Sequence record: NC_049849.1
Strand: one strand, 5' to 3'
Length of the DNA stretch: 64,000 nt
In this document: piece by piece, positions 36,489 through 45,175 of the stretch
Layout: every line of letters starts with the position of its first letter
Position numbering within the stretch: position 1 is the stretch's first letter
Made by a program: the position numbers and the translations under genes
Notes under the pieces: model-generated
What the model was told of the DNA's origin: nothing
The model's input: only the letters and a program-made list of their open reading frames with translations
Databases searched by the model: none

Positions 36489-38405
36489 ATGAGCAATATC
36501 CACATAGACTACATTTCCGGGCCTCCTGGGCTAGGTAAGACGGAGTGGGCTATTCATCAGATGGTAGCGCGATCCCAAAATAACGAAGGGCCTACACTCT
36601 ATGTGTGCCCTACTTTCGCATTGGCTAAGCAGGTACAGAAACGGCTGGAGCGTCACTTCCTGAAAGCTGACCCCAGTCTGAGTCGTGATGATGTGCGGCG
36701 CCGCATGCTCAACCTATTCGTCAAAGGTTCGTTCAAGGGGTCGAACGTTTCCGACTTGGTACGCGATGCGTTTTCTGATTTCCTGGTTCGAAGCAAGCCC
36801 AAGTCAAACCGCATTGGCAACAACAGCATCGGTTTCATCAGCCACGCGGGATTCTACAAACTGCGCTCAGAGATTACGCCGGAGCAACGGCTGTCTACTG
36901 AAGTCTATTTCGATGAGGCCAAGAAGTCGACGTTCGCCAGGTCGCGTCTGATCCTGAACGAAAAGCAGAACGAGCTCTTTGAGTCGCTGTTCAAGAAAGT
37001 GCAGTACGACAAGACGAACTTCTATCGGCTACGACCGAAAAAGAAAGTGAATGCCAAGACCATCGAAGCACTGCAAGCATCGCTGAGTCCAAAGAAGTAC
37101 TCGGTCTTCTGCTCTATTCAAGAGGACGTGTCGAACGAGCTGGTCGAAGTGTTTGTGCGATCTAAGCCATTGAACGAAGACTCGAACCGCATCAAGGTCC
37201 ACGGCGTGACGTTGCCTGCCAAAGTTTTCTACGGCTACAAGCGCGTGGTCATCATGAGTGCGTACTTCGAGCATTCGGAAATGTACCACCTGCTGAAGAA
37301 TGGCTCGAGCATTACGTTGACCGATGTAACCAGTTCGATCAAGGGCTACAAGAAAGAGCTGGCGAAGATTGAACGTCGCTTCGCTAACGTGGTGCTACAG
37401 CCCTTGCTTAAAGACGACAAAGGCATCAGTACTCAGAAGCTATCGGGCACGCTGGTCAAGACCAAGAAGCTGAACACTGCATTGTTAAACGCTGAAGCCT
37501 CTGGTATCACGCCGGATCAGTTCGGCACGTTGATGGAGTTGCTGCGCAACGGAGTTCGGCCTCAAGTTCATGATGGGGTGATCTACCACTTCTACAAGCT
37601 GCTGTACAAACACATGATGCCGCATCCGCTGCGGTGGATGGTGAACAAGACCGCGCAGCTTGTACGCGCACAAACGGACGTGCAAGGCCCGCCGCTAATG
37701 GTTCTGAATAAGGACTTCACGGACTTGGTGCCCAACGATTGGACCTACGTTAGCCCATCGAGTCACGGTCTCAACTCGTACTCGAGCAGCAACGTCGTAG
37801 CCTACATATGCTCAGTCAGGCCGAAGCCAGAAATGTCCACGTTCCTGCAAGCACGGCTGAAGGGCTACTCGACCTACATGGGTTACATGGTCGACTCGTG
37901 CATCCAAGCGATTGCGCGTTCAGCCATGCGCGACAAGACTTCGAAGTCTAAGGTGTACGTGTATCTGTCTGACACCAAGCTGGCCAAGGATATCTTTGAC
38001 CTGCTCGGCGGGCATCCGGTGTTGCTCGAGTCGTATCCTGAGTCCTTGGGCGATTACACGTTCCTGACCAAGTCGACGATACGCAGCATGCGCAGTAGTT
38101 CGACGAAAGTAACGAAGAAGCAAAAGAAGGAAACCAAGAAAGCAGTCAAGCGCGCTGAGACGTTGAAGAAGTTTGGGCTGCCGCAGAACGCTACCGATGC
38201 TCAGTTAAAGGAAGCTCAAGCGAAAGCTCGACGCAAACAGAACTCCGAGATACAGCAAGCAAAACGCAAAGACCCGAAAGTGGCTCGCATCAATACTTTG
38301 AAGACTGGCATACGTCGATATGAGAAGCTGGAGACTATGACCGACAAGCAGAAAGCAAAGCTCAAGCAACTGAAGCAAGAACTCAAACAACTAACGAAAT
38401 CGTAA
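36489..38405 (+). CDS. helicase-like P-loop NTPase, putative origin-binding protein
   Basis: Walker A GPPGLGKT, LYVCPT (motif Ia), Walker B VYFDEA, IMSA (III), HGLNSY, QAIARSAMR (VI); very basic C-terminal tail. Confidence 0.65.
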   Translation: MSNIHIDYISGPPGLGKTEWAIHQMVARSQNNEGPTLYVCPTFALAKQVQKRLERHFLKADPSLSRDDVRRRMLNLFVKGSFKGSNVSDLVRDAFSDFLVRSKPKSNRIGNNSIGFISHAGFYKLRSEITPEQRLSTEVYFDEAKKSTFARSRLILNEKQNELFESLFKKVQYDKTNFYRLRPKKKVNAKTIEALQASLSPKKYSVFCSIQEDVSNELVEVFVRSKPLNEDSNRIKVHGVTLPAKVFYGYKRVVIMSAYFEHSEMYHLLKNGSSITLTDVTSSIKGYKKELAKIERRFANVVLQPLLKDDKGISTQKLSGTLVKTKKLNTALLNAEASGITPDQFGTLMELLRNGVRPQVHDGVIYHFYKLLYKHMMPHPLRWMVNKTAQLVRAQTDVQGPPLMVLNKDFTDLVPNDWTYVSPSSHGLNSYSSSNVVAYICSVRPKPEMSTFLQARLKGYSTYMGYMVDSCIQAIARSAMRDKTSKSKVYVYLSDTKLAKDIFDLLGGHPVLLESYPESLGDYTFLTKSTIRSMRSSSTKVTKKQKKETKKAVKRAETLKKFGLPQNATDAQLKEAQAKARRKQNSEIQQAKRKDPKVARINTLKTGIRRYEKLETMTDKQKAKLKQLKQELKQLTKS

Positions 38406-38408
38406 ATA
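38401..38408 (+). promoter_or_regulatory. TCGTAAATA motif
   Basis: Overlaps the helicase stop, 4 nt before ATG 38413. Confidence 0.5.
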
Positions 38409-38412
38409 ACAC

Positions 38413-38640
38413 ATGAAATACACGATAGTGATTGCTCTGGTATTGCTGTCAGGATGCACCGAGCCTGATGATGTGACTTGCACGACAACAGGCGAGTTGG
38501 TGCTACGCGATGTTTGCATCAGCCGCGGACTCAAAGGCTTTTGTGCGCAGCGCAGCTGGGTTGAGCAAGTCAAGCTTGAGTGCAGCGACGGCAAGAACCG
38601 ATACACCGAACCCAACAAAATCATGAGGGTAAATCAATGA
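38413..38640 (+). CDS. small lipoprotein
   Basis: MKYTIVIALVLLSGC lipobox; several further Cys. Confidence 0.7.
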   Translation: MKYTIVIALVLLSGCTEPDDVTCTTTGELVLRDVCISRGLKGFCAQRSWVEQVKLECSDGKNRYTEPNKIMRVNQ

Positions 38641-38828
38641 TTGTTCATCCCGAAGGCCGAGAGCCCGTGAACCTCGGCTTCAACCCAACAGCTTTTGTGG
38701 CACCGACCACGCGTGGCGAGTACGTGGCCTTATTGCAAGAAGCGGTTCGAGTCATGGAAGAAGTCGGAGAAATGTTGGACCAGCGTGGTCGGCAACTAGC
38801 GCGGCTACGCAATCAAGGAAAAATCTAA
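38637..38828 (+). CDS. hypothetical protein
   Basis: ATGA overlap; 63 aa with coiled-coil C-half. Confidence 0.55.
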   Translation: MIVHPEGREPVNLGFNPTAFVAPTTRGEYVALLQEAVRVMEEVGEMLDQRGRQLARLRNQGKI

Positions 38829-38829
38829 T

Positions 38830-39429
38830 ATGAGTAACGTGAGCTTTATTGAACCCGTCGAAGTGTGGGTCTTGCTATACGGCCGCTGGAAGAAACTGTA
38901 CACGGCCGCCGGACTTGGTACGGAAGCCAAGAACACTGTGATGCTAAGCATGAGCACCAACGTTTCAGACTTGATGTTTGAACAAGCTGAAGGCATATGG
39001 TTGCCCAGGCAGCAGAAGTGGTTGAAGCAACCAGAGGACGGCGACTTCACTCCACCTACGTCAGAATTGCTGACCGGCGAGTGGAAGTATTTGGACGCCA
39101 ACGCTCTGACCGACGGCAACTACAACTACTGGGGCGCCTACAAAGAAATCGAGTACTACACGGCACGCATTCACAGCACCGAAAACAGCGGGCCTGCTAC
39201 GCTTCGTGGTTTCGTTCAGCACACGACTTACACAACCGTGTTCGGTATCACGCTGACCAAAGGCAGAGACACAGTCCAGATGTACCATCGTGAAATCAAA
39301 AACGGACCACCCGTAGTTGGATTCTTGGACGAATCGCCGTACGACTGGAACAGGATGCTCAAGGACATGCGGCAGCAGTTCATGCAGATTGAGGCAACGA
39401 TGAACAAGCCGCCCGCGAGGTTCGAGTAA
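38830..39429 (+). CDS. hypothetical protein
   Basis: 199-aa ORF in a tightly packed operon. Confidence 0.7.
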   Translation: MSNVSFIEPVEVWVLLYGRWKKLYTAAGLGTEAKNTVMLSMSTNVSDLMFEQAEGIWLPRQQKWLKQPEDGDFTPPTSELLTGEWKYLDANALTDGNYNYWGAYKEIEYYTARIHSTENSGPATLRGFVQHTTYTTVFGITLTKGRDTVQMYHREIKNGPPVVGFLDESPYDWNRMLKDMRQQFMQIEATMNKPPARFE

Positions 39430-39755
39430 TGTACCCACCCGCAATGTATGACTCGTTTCTCAAACGCATCTGGCTTGGCATCGCCGACAAGGAGCATTAC
39501 GACGAGTCGATGATCCCGAATCTGCAAGAGTATCTCGAAGCCAAGCTGCAAGAGGCACTCGACTGGGAGTACTCGTACATCAAAGACTTCTACGTGAAGT
39601 GCGAAATCAAAACTGCGCTGTACGTCACCATCGGCCTGCAGTTCTATAAAGAAGCCCACATCACTTTCCTGGATGCCTCGGGGTACCGTGATCTTCAAAT
39701 GCTCCCCGCTAACTGTTCAATCACCCGTCAAGGAATGCAATGTCCGGCAACGTAA
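39429..39755 (+). CDS. hypothetical protein
   Basis: TAATG coupling. Confidence 0.65.
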   Translation: MYPPAMYDSFLKRIWLGIADKEHYDESMIPNLQEYLEAKLQEALDWEYSYIKDFYVKCEIKTALYVTIGLQFYKEAHITFLDASGYRDLQMLPANCSITRQGMQCPAT

Positions 39756-40090
39756 ACCACATCATGCTGCTCAAGCTGGTTGAGCGCCTGATGAAACAAG
39801 ACCTCATCAACGCATACATGAATGCGTACACCAGCGGCAGCTACTCGCACGAAGGTGCAGTATCGAAAGCATGTGAAATTCTCACTGAGCTGGGAATCGA
39901 GTACACGGTAACGCTAGAGGCGAAGACGCTGCCGGTACCTGACTACAACCAAAACTCGTACCCAAAGTTCACCGAGCGCTTTGCACGGATCAGTGTAACC
40001 TTGGAAACGAAAACAACGCCCGGTATCGACATACAGACTCGCGAAACCTTCCACTGCTTGCTTGGATGCCCTGACAATGCTGACAGCTAA
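39740..40090 (+). CDS. hypothetical protein
   Basis: AAGGA RBS; 116 aa. Confidence 0.6.
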   Translation: MSGNVNHIMLLKLVERLMKQDLINAYMNAYTSGSYSHEGAVSKACEILTELGIEYTVTLEAKTLPVPDYNQNSYPKFTERFARISVTLETKTTPGIDIQTRETFHCLLGCPDNADS

Positions 40091-40349
40091 ACAAGCCGGC
40101 GACCTCTACGACGACAAGAACGACGACAAGCAGTTGTGGGATTCGGTCAATCATCATCTGGCATTGATTGAAGGCCAAATCCGTTCGGTCTGCAAGTTCC
40201 ATCATCAACTGCAGTACAACATGCCAGCCGACAACGAGACGAAGAAGCAACTGATCTTCGAACTCATCGAGCACGGCTACCTCGTCACCGAAGTGCCCGC
40301 TACCGTCCCTTCCCATTTTAGACTTCAAATCATCTGGCCCCGCACATGA
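40077..40349 (+). CDS. hypothetical protein (L...GY.V...I.W phage family)
   Basis: ELIEHGYLVTE...IIW, similar to the 41534-41848 product. Confidence 0.6.
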   Translation: MLTAKQAGDLYDDKNDDKQLWDSVNHHLALIEGQIRSVCKFHHQLQYNMPADNETKKQLIFELIEHGYLVTEVPATVPSHFRLQIIWPRT

Positions 40350-40783
40350 CCTACCTCGCAACTGAACTCGCTATCACCGCAGCCATTTCTGCTAATCTCG
40401 CAAACCGTGAACGACTGAAGGGTACAAGCTCGATCATGATGGATCAGTCCAGCCCAGCTACGCTGCGGGACTTCTACGTCGCAAGTATCAGTATCGGCCG
40501 TCGCGCAGGCACCACCAGCTGGGCAGTCAATCGCGTGAAGACTGGCACCGCTATCGCCATCGTGTCGAATCCCGGCCTGGCTGAAGTGTACAAAGAGCAG
40601 GGCGCCAAGGAAGTCTACTCCGATCACTTTGTGCGTCAAGGCGGATTGTCCGGCAAGCAACTGCCTGAGTACATCATTCTCGATCCGGCCTCCTACTGGC
40701 CCACTCAGTCGCTGACCGAGCTGTACTCGGCCCTTGCCCCTCTGGTCCTCGGCACCGACCGCGTCATCGTCAATCTGAGCTGA
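40346..40783 (+). CDS. minimal degenerate P-loop ATPase, terminase-ATPase-like
   Basis: ISIGRRAGTT (Walker A-like, K>T), LSG...YIILDPAS (Walker B-like, E>P), final strand RVIVNLS. Confidence 0.5.
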   Translation: MTYLATELAITAAISANLANRERLKGTSSIMMDQSSPATLRDFYVASISIGRRAGTTSWAVNRVKTGTAIAIVSNPGLAEVYKEQGAKEVYSDHFVRQGGLSGKQLPEYIILDPASYWPTQSLTELYSALAPLVLGTDRVIVNLS

Positions 40784-40785
40784 AC

Positions 40786-40965
40786 ATGGAATACAAGATC
40801 GTTACCTCGCACACGCAGCAAGGCCTGGAGACTCAGGTCACGAATTTGATGCGCACTGGCTGGGAGCCGAAGGGCGGCTTCGCCATGATATCGACAGGCA
40901 CCTCCGTGTACTGGGGTCAAGCAATGGTGAGATATGAGTCACGTTCCACTGCAGTCTACGATTGA
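40786..40965 (+). CDS. DUF1737-like small protein (not in the ORF track)
   Basis: Own translation: MEYKIVTSHTQQGLETQVTNLMRTGWEPKGG...YWGQAMVR, 59 aa. Confidence 0.65.
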   Translation: MEYKIVTSHTQQGLETQVTNLMRTGWEPKGGFAMISTGTSVYWGQAMVRYESRSTAVYD

Positions 40966-41254
40966 TTGGACGAAGATTCCGCAGGCAACCATAGACTCGT
41001 ACATCGACGCGTTCATGGATGACACGCAGAACACCTTCTGGCGCAAGCTTGTGCATGATCGGCCATCTGCTCCTTGGCATGAGCGCGAGACACGACGCCT
41101 GCAACGAACCATCGTACCCTACGTCGATAATTCCACCGCCTCTGTTCACCTACAGGAAATGAGAGAAGCACATGAGCGCCGAGCTGAAAAGCTTGCAAGT
41201 CAGGTTGCACGAGAAAACCAAAGAGCTGCAGGCCCTCGAGCGAAACATCGCTGA
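40934..41254 (+). CDS. hypothetical protein
   Basis: 106-aa ORF that overlaps both neighbours; the 3' end is uncertain. Confidence 0.45.
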   Translation: MSHVPLQSTIDWTKIPQATIDSYIDAFMDDTQNTFWRKLVHDRPSAPWHERETRRLQRTIVPYVDNSTASVHLQEMREAHERRAEKLASQVARENQRAAGPRAKHR

Positions 41255-41537
41255 GTACAACTCGAAGCGTGGCAAGATATTCAAGGACATTGCGCAGCTG
41301 CAATTCCAGATTCAAGACCTGACCAAGAAAGACCTCGTGGTATCGGAGCATGCTGTACTTCGATATCTCGAGCGTATGTATAAGTTCGACCTCAACGAAA
41401 TCAAGAGTCAAATCCTGACACCGCAACTCATCAAGACCGCAGACACTCTAGGCAACGGCAAGTTCCCAACCGGTGCAGGCTTCAAGGCGGTAGTGCGTGA
41501 TCGCGTCATCGTTTCAATCATTGGAGATTCAGAGTGA
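41172..41537 (+). CDS. coiled-coil plus DUF4258/RelE-like domain protein
   Basis: VSEHAVLRYLER...KAVVRDRVIVSII. Confidence 0.6.
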   Translation: MSAELKSLQVRLHEKTKELQALERNIAEYNSKRGKIFKDIAQLQFQIQDLTKKDLVVSEHAVLRYLERMYKFDLNEIKSQILTPQLIKTADTLGNGKFPTGAGFKAVVRDRVIVSIIGDSE

Positions 41538-41848
41538 ATTCCGTACTCAGTCAAGTTGACTGCAACCTACCCACCGCGGAAGAGTCGCGCTTCGTATCGA
41601 AGAATCAAACGCCGTGGCCTGACGTGCCCATTTACGGCCCTGACGCAGACACGCTGCGCGCACTGTTCCTGATTATCAACGCAGGTCTGGTCCACGCTCG
41701 GAACAAAACCTACACCGGAGTTTCAAAAGACCTGATGCCTCCATACATGCAGCAGTGGTGGCCCAAGATTATTGAGCATCTGCAAAGCAAGGGCTACACC
41801 GTGACCGAGGAGCGCGATGTGGTTTTCATCGACTGGGCAACGGCATGA
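41534..41848 (+). CDS. hypothetical protein (LPTA...L..KGY.V...I.W family)
   Basis: GTGA overlap; HLQSKGYTVT...FIDW. Confidence 0.65.
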   Translation: MNSVLSQVDCNLPTAEESRFVSKNQTPWPDVPIYGPDADTLRALFLIINAGLVHARNKTYTGVSKDLMPPYMQQWWPKIIEHLQSKGYTVTEERDVVFIDWATA

Positions 41849-42072
41849 AAGTCCGGCATCTGAAGCCGTCCAGTATGTACCGGTCGTATGCCCGCAGTCT
41901 TACACGTCACGGCTGGACGCATGACACCAGCATCACTCGACTGTCGGACCAGGCTATGGAACACTTGCATGCCATGAATGATATTCTCCGCACCGTCGGT
42001 GAATCTCCGACGTTCACGTTTGAGAACTCGTTCCGCATGTTGCAGACTTCGCTTGGAGCAGAGAATGGATGA
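41845..42072 (+). CDS. hypothetical protein
   Basis: ATGA overlap; 75 aa. Confidence 0.55.
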   Translation: MKVRHLKPSSMYRSYARSLTRHGWTHDTSITRLSDQAMEHLHAMNDILRTVGESPTFTFENSFRMLQTSLGAENG

Positions 42073-42613
42073 CATAACAAAGTACATGAGCCAAGAGTTC
42101 AGCCACGGCATGAACCGTACGCAGTTGTTGTGCCATGGCCTGGATTTGATTGCGAAGTTCCCAGTCGGTGTCTCGCAAGTGCTGGCAGAACTGCAGAGCA
42201 GGGATGCAATCATTGCCGAGCAACAGCGCACGATTGACGCACTCAAGGCCAAGGTTTCAAGCAAGGAATGGGTGCTGCTCCCGCGCAATCCAACTCGCAT
42301 GATGACGCTGCGCGGCCTGCAAGGCGACAAGGTGTTCACCGACTCCAAGTTCGACTTGGCTCAAGACTACTTCGAGTTCTGCGACCTGCCGACCAAGTAT
42401 GAGAATGTGAAAGATCGCAGCGATATCATGTGTCACGATGACGACCGCGAGTACTATGTCATCAAGTCGATCTACCAAGGCTGCATTGAAGGCTTTGAGG
42501 AGCAACAACGTCGTAATGCAAACCCTGATCGTTCGGAGCGCGACAAGCAGGTTGATGCTCATTGGAGCGAGCATTGGCCCACGCCGGTAGAGCGCAATGA
42601 AGGCACCGAGTGA
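42065..42613 (+). CDS. hypothetical protein
   Basis: Likely start ATG 42065 with GGAG RBS; WVLLPRNPT..M motif. Confidence 0.65.
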   Translation: MDDITKYMSQEFSHGMNRTQLLCHGLDLIAKFPVGVSQVLAELQSRDAIIAEQQRTIDALKAKVSSKEWVLLPRNPTRMMTLRGLQGDKVFTDSKFDLAQDYFEFCDLPTKYENVKDRSDIMCHDDDREYYVIKSIYQGCIEGFEEQQRRNANPDRSERDKQVDAHWSEHWPTPVERNEGTE

Positions 42614-42932
42614 AACCAAAGCGAAGCCTTCGGTGCGTAGCTTCACTGTTCCGATCTATCGCTGCCGTGTCTACTACAGCGATAGCACCGAAGAGTCTGC
42701 GAAGCTGTGGCCGGAAGCTCGAGGCTATCTCGGCGTGTGTGGATCGACAGCCAAAGGTCTCTACATCGCAATACACGACCGCACGTTGAACACTCTGGTG
42801 CATGAGTGTGTGCATCTTTGTAATCACGTACTGGCGCGCGCAGGTGTTCCAATCAGTCAAGAGGCAGACGAAGCTGCCGCGTATCTAACCGAGTGGTTGT
42901 TCAAGCGACTACGAAAGGAGTTAAAGCTATGA
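42597..42932 (+). CDS. small HExxH zinc-metalloprotease-like protein
   Basis: TLVHECVHLCNHV...DEAAAYL. Confidence 0.65.
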   Translation: MKAPSETKAKPSVRSFTVPIYRCRVYYSDSTEESAKLWPEARGYLGVCGSTAKGLYIAIHDRTLNTLVHECVHLCNHVLARAGVPISQEADEAAAYLTEWLFKRLRKELKL

Positions 42933-43261
42933 CATTCAACCTGCAGCATTGGATGGACGATAAAGTCGAGTGGCATGACGGCATCAGCGACCGCGAAACC
43001 TCAAAGCTGTCCTACCTGTGCTTCCTGAACTATGCCAGCGGTGGCAGTGAAGACCCTGATGATTGGGGTCCGGTCAGAATGGAGCGCGGCCATCAACGCG
43101 GACTGACAAAGTGGCAGGGCGTACGCCTGCTGACCTACATCGGATATCTCGACGGCTTGGAAGATGCGGGAGTTAACGTGGACGCAGTATGGAATGAGGT
43201 GAAGGCTTACAGCGCACGTCAAGAGTGGGTAGAATCCCAAGATGGAGAATGCAATGTTTAA
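42929..43261 (+). CDS. hypothetical protein, paralog A
   Basis: ATG 42929 with AAGGAG RBS; FNLQHWMD...GHQRGL...GLEDAGVN. Confidence 0.7.
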   Translation: MTFNLQHWMDDKVEWHDGISDRETSKLSYLCFLNYASGGSEDPDDWGPVRMERGHQRGLTKWQGVRLLTYIGYLDGLEDAGVNVDAVWNEVKAYSARQEWVESQDGECNV

Positions 43262-43682
43262 TCTGCAGCAGTGGATGGACGAGACGGTATCGGTCTCGAC
43301 TTGGAACGGTACGGTACAGCAACGCCGCGCCGATTACTTGTACTTCCTGATCTACGCTAACGGCAGTGCAATCGTGCGTGGCTGGGGCTGCATCAGCAAT
43401 CGCAACGGCCATCAGTCGGGCCTTGAGCAGAACCAAGCACTGGCGCTCCTCGAGTACTCGGCGTTCCTATCTGGCCTCGAATGCGCGGGCGTCAACACCG
43501 CAGCCTTCTGGCACGGCATGAACGAATACGCCAAGCGCTTTGATGGTGAACTCGTGATCGAGCCACCCTCCGATGATCGCATTGAGCAAGCTGCTCAAGA
43601 CTTGGAAGCTCGACTGATGACGGACATTGCCAAGGAGGTAGCCGGACCCTCTGATTTTGAAAAGGACTTCTTGAAGCCATGA
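43254..43682 (+). CDS. hypothetical protein, paralog B
   Basis: ATG 43254 with GGAG RBS; FNLQQWMD...GHQSGL...GLECAGVN. Confidence 0.7.
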   Translation: MFNLQQWMDETVSVSTWNGTVQQRRADYLYFLIYANGSAIVRGWGCISNRNGHQSGLEQNQALALLEYSAFLSGLECAGVNTAAFWHGMNEYAKRFDGELVIEPPSDDRIEQAAQDLEARLMTDIAKEVAGPSDFEKDFLKP

Positions 43683-44053
43683 ATCACATACACTTCCAAT
43701 CTTTTGGCAAGCCGCATTTCCTTCGACCGCTGGGCAATACCGTAGAGCTCTCCACCAAATGGAGCGGCCTATCAATCAAGTATCAAGACTTATGCGAGCA
43801 AGTGATCGGCTCCGATGTATGGTTCGACAGTATGATCCTGAAGGTTCGCGGCATACTGTGCATCGCTTCGCCTGCTGCAATCATTGAACCCGGGCGCGCT
43901 CTATCTATCATCGTGTCTCGTGGTGAGTGGCTGATGGAAGTCTATGAGACTACGATCCGCGCACATGAAAACCTTGGCGCTTCGTCAGAGGAATTGAATG
44001 CGGCTCGCAAGAATCTGCTGAACTACATCAACGCACTGGAGCAACCTCAATGA
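43679..44053 (+). CDS. hypothetical protein
   Basis: ATGA overlap. Confidence 0.65.
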   Translation: MNHIHFQSFGKPHFLRPLGNTVELSTKWSGLSIKYQDLCEQVIGSDVWFDSMILKVRGILCIASPAAIIEPGRALSIIVSRGEWLMEVYETTIRAHENLGASSEELNAARKNLLNYINALEQPQ

Positions 44054-44583
44054 TTACCGAAGGACCCTTACGTTGCTACGGTGAAGACGTAGAAGCGTGG
44101 CACGCTGCGTTCAAAGCTGCATACCTGCAATACTGCCAGAACGACTGGTACAGCAGTACGACGTTGGACCCCAAAGACTGGTCGAACAGAGCAGGCTTCA
44201 TGGTGGAGCGCATCATGAACCTCACGACCTACGGCAGTGGTGACGAAGACATTGCCCGGAAGATGATTGAAGTGCTCGACCACCTGTGGATGAAAACGCC
44301 CGGCAGTCGACTGTGCGAGACGACCGACTACATCTTGATGTGCAACGTGCCGTGGCTCTACCGCTTCCTCGAGTGGGGTACGTCGATCCGTGGCGCCTGG
44401 CTGCAACTCAACCCGCCGAAGCCCGCAGTCGACAATAAACGCCAGAGCAATCCCTACGTTGTGTTCAACACTGGTGAGAGCTTCAGCGAGCAGGACGGTC
44501 AGTACGACCTGCTGGTACACACCACAGAAGAACTCATCGCCGCCATCAAAGGGATGCTGCGATTTATGACGGAGCCGCAATGA
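44050..44583 (+). CDS. hypothetical protein
   Basis: ATGA overlap. Confidence 0.7.
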   Translation: MITEGPLRCYGEDVEAWHAAFKAAYLQYCQNDWYSSTTLDPKDWSNRAGFMVERIMNLTTYGSGDEDIARKMIEVLDHLWMKTPGSRLCETTDYILMCNVPWLYRFLEWGTSIRGAWLQLNPPKPAVDNKRQSNPYVVFNTGESFSEQDGQYDLLVHTTEELIAAIKGMLRFMTEPQ

Positions 44584-44915
44584 ACGACAACACCGCACAT
44601 CAGCTACTCCGAAATCAAATCACGCTGGAAGTTCTGAACGTATGGCGTAAGTACATGGTGCCTACGCTTGTCGGCGAACCCAGTGATGCTATATCCCGGC
44701 AGTTGGTCTATGACGCTTGGCATTCTTTACTGCCTGCGATGTTGCCGCCGCACGTCAAGTTTGAAGTCATATGCGATGAGTCGAACAATCCAACGTCAGT
44801 CATTGCAGTCAACGACATTTGCGTACACTTGGCGTTCATGGTAACGCCAAATGACGTGTTCGCAATGGACCTCAGCTTGCAGAAGACACTCATCGAAAAC
44901 GGAATGAACCAATGA
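44580..44915 (+). CDS. stand-alone tail-sheath C-terminal-domain-like protein
   Basis: LVGEPSDAISRQLV...FEVICDESNNPTSVIAVNDICVHL matches the sheath C-terminal FEPND..TR / F.V.CD..NN.P..I pattern. Confidence 0.7.
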   Translation: MNDNTAHQLLRNQITLEVLNVWRKYMVPTLVGEPSDAISRQLVYDAWHSLLPAMLPPHVKFEVICDESNNPTSVIAVNDICVHLAFMVTPNDVFAMDLSLQKTLIENGMNQ

Positions 44916-45175
44916 CAATCGACACTAAACGAATCCTCGAAATCGCGGCCAATCCCAACACCTGCCCGATTAGTCCGTTCTGGTTGAACGACGAAGTCCG
45001 CATTACTGACGTACGCATCGCCACTATTGCATTCGCCAGGGCTATCGAAGCAGAGGTCAGAGCGAACATGCTGAAGACGATGAACGCCACAGCAAAGTTA
45101 ACTAGCGCGCTGCGGGAGCAACGCCTAGAAGAAAGCCTGCAGGCTGAGCGCGATGGACACCAATCAAAGACCTGA
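44912..45175 (+). CDS. hypothetical protein
   Basis: ATGA overlap; IAFARAIEAEV motif. Confidence 0.6.
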   Translation: MTIDTKRILEIAANPNTCPISPFWLNDEVRITDVRIATIAFARAIEAEVRANMLKTMNATAKLTSALREQRLEESLQAERDGHQSKT

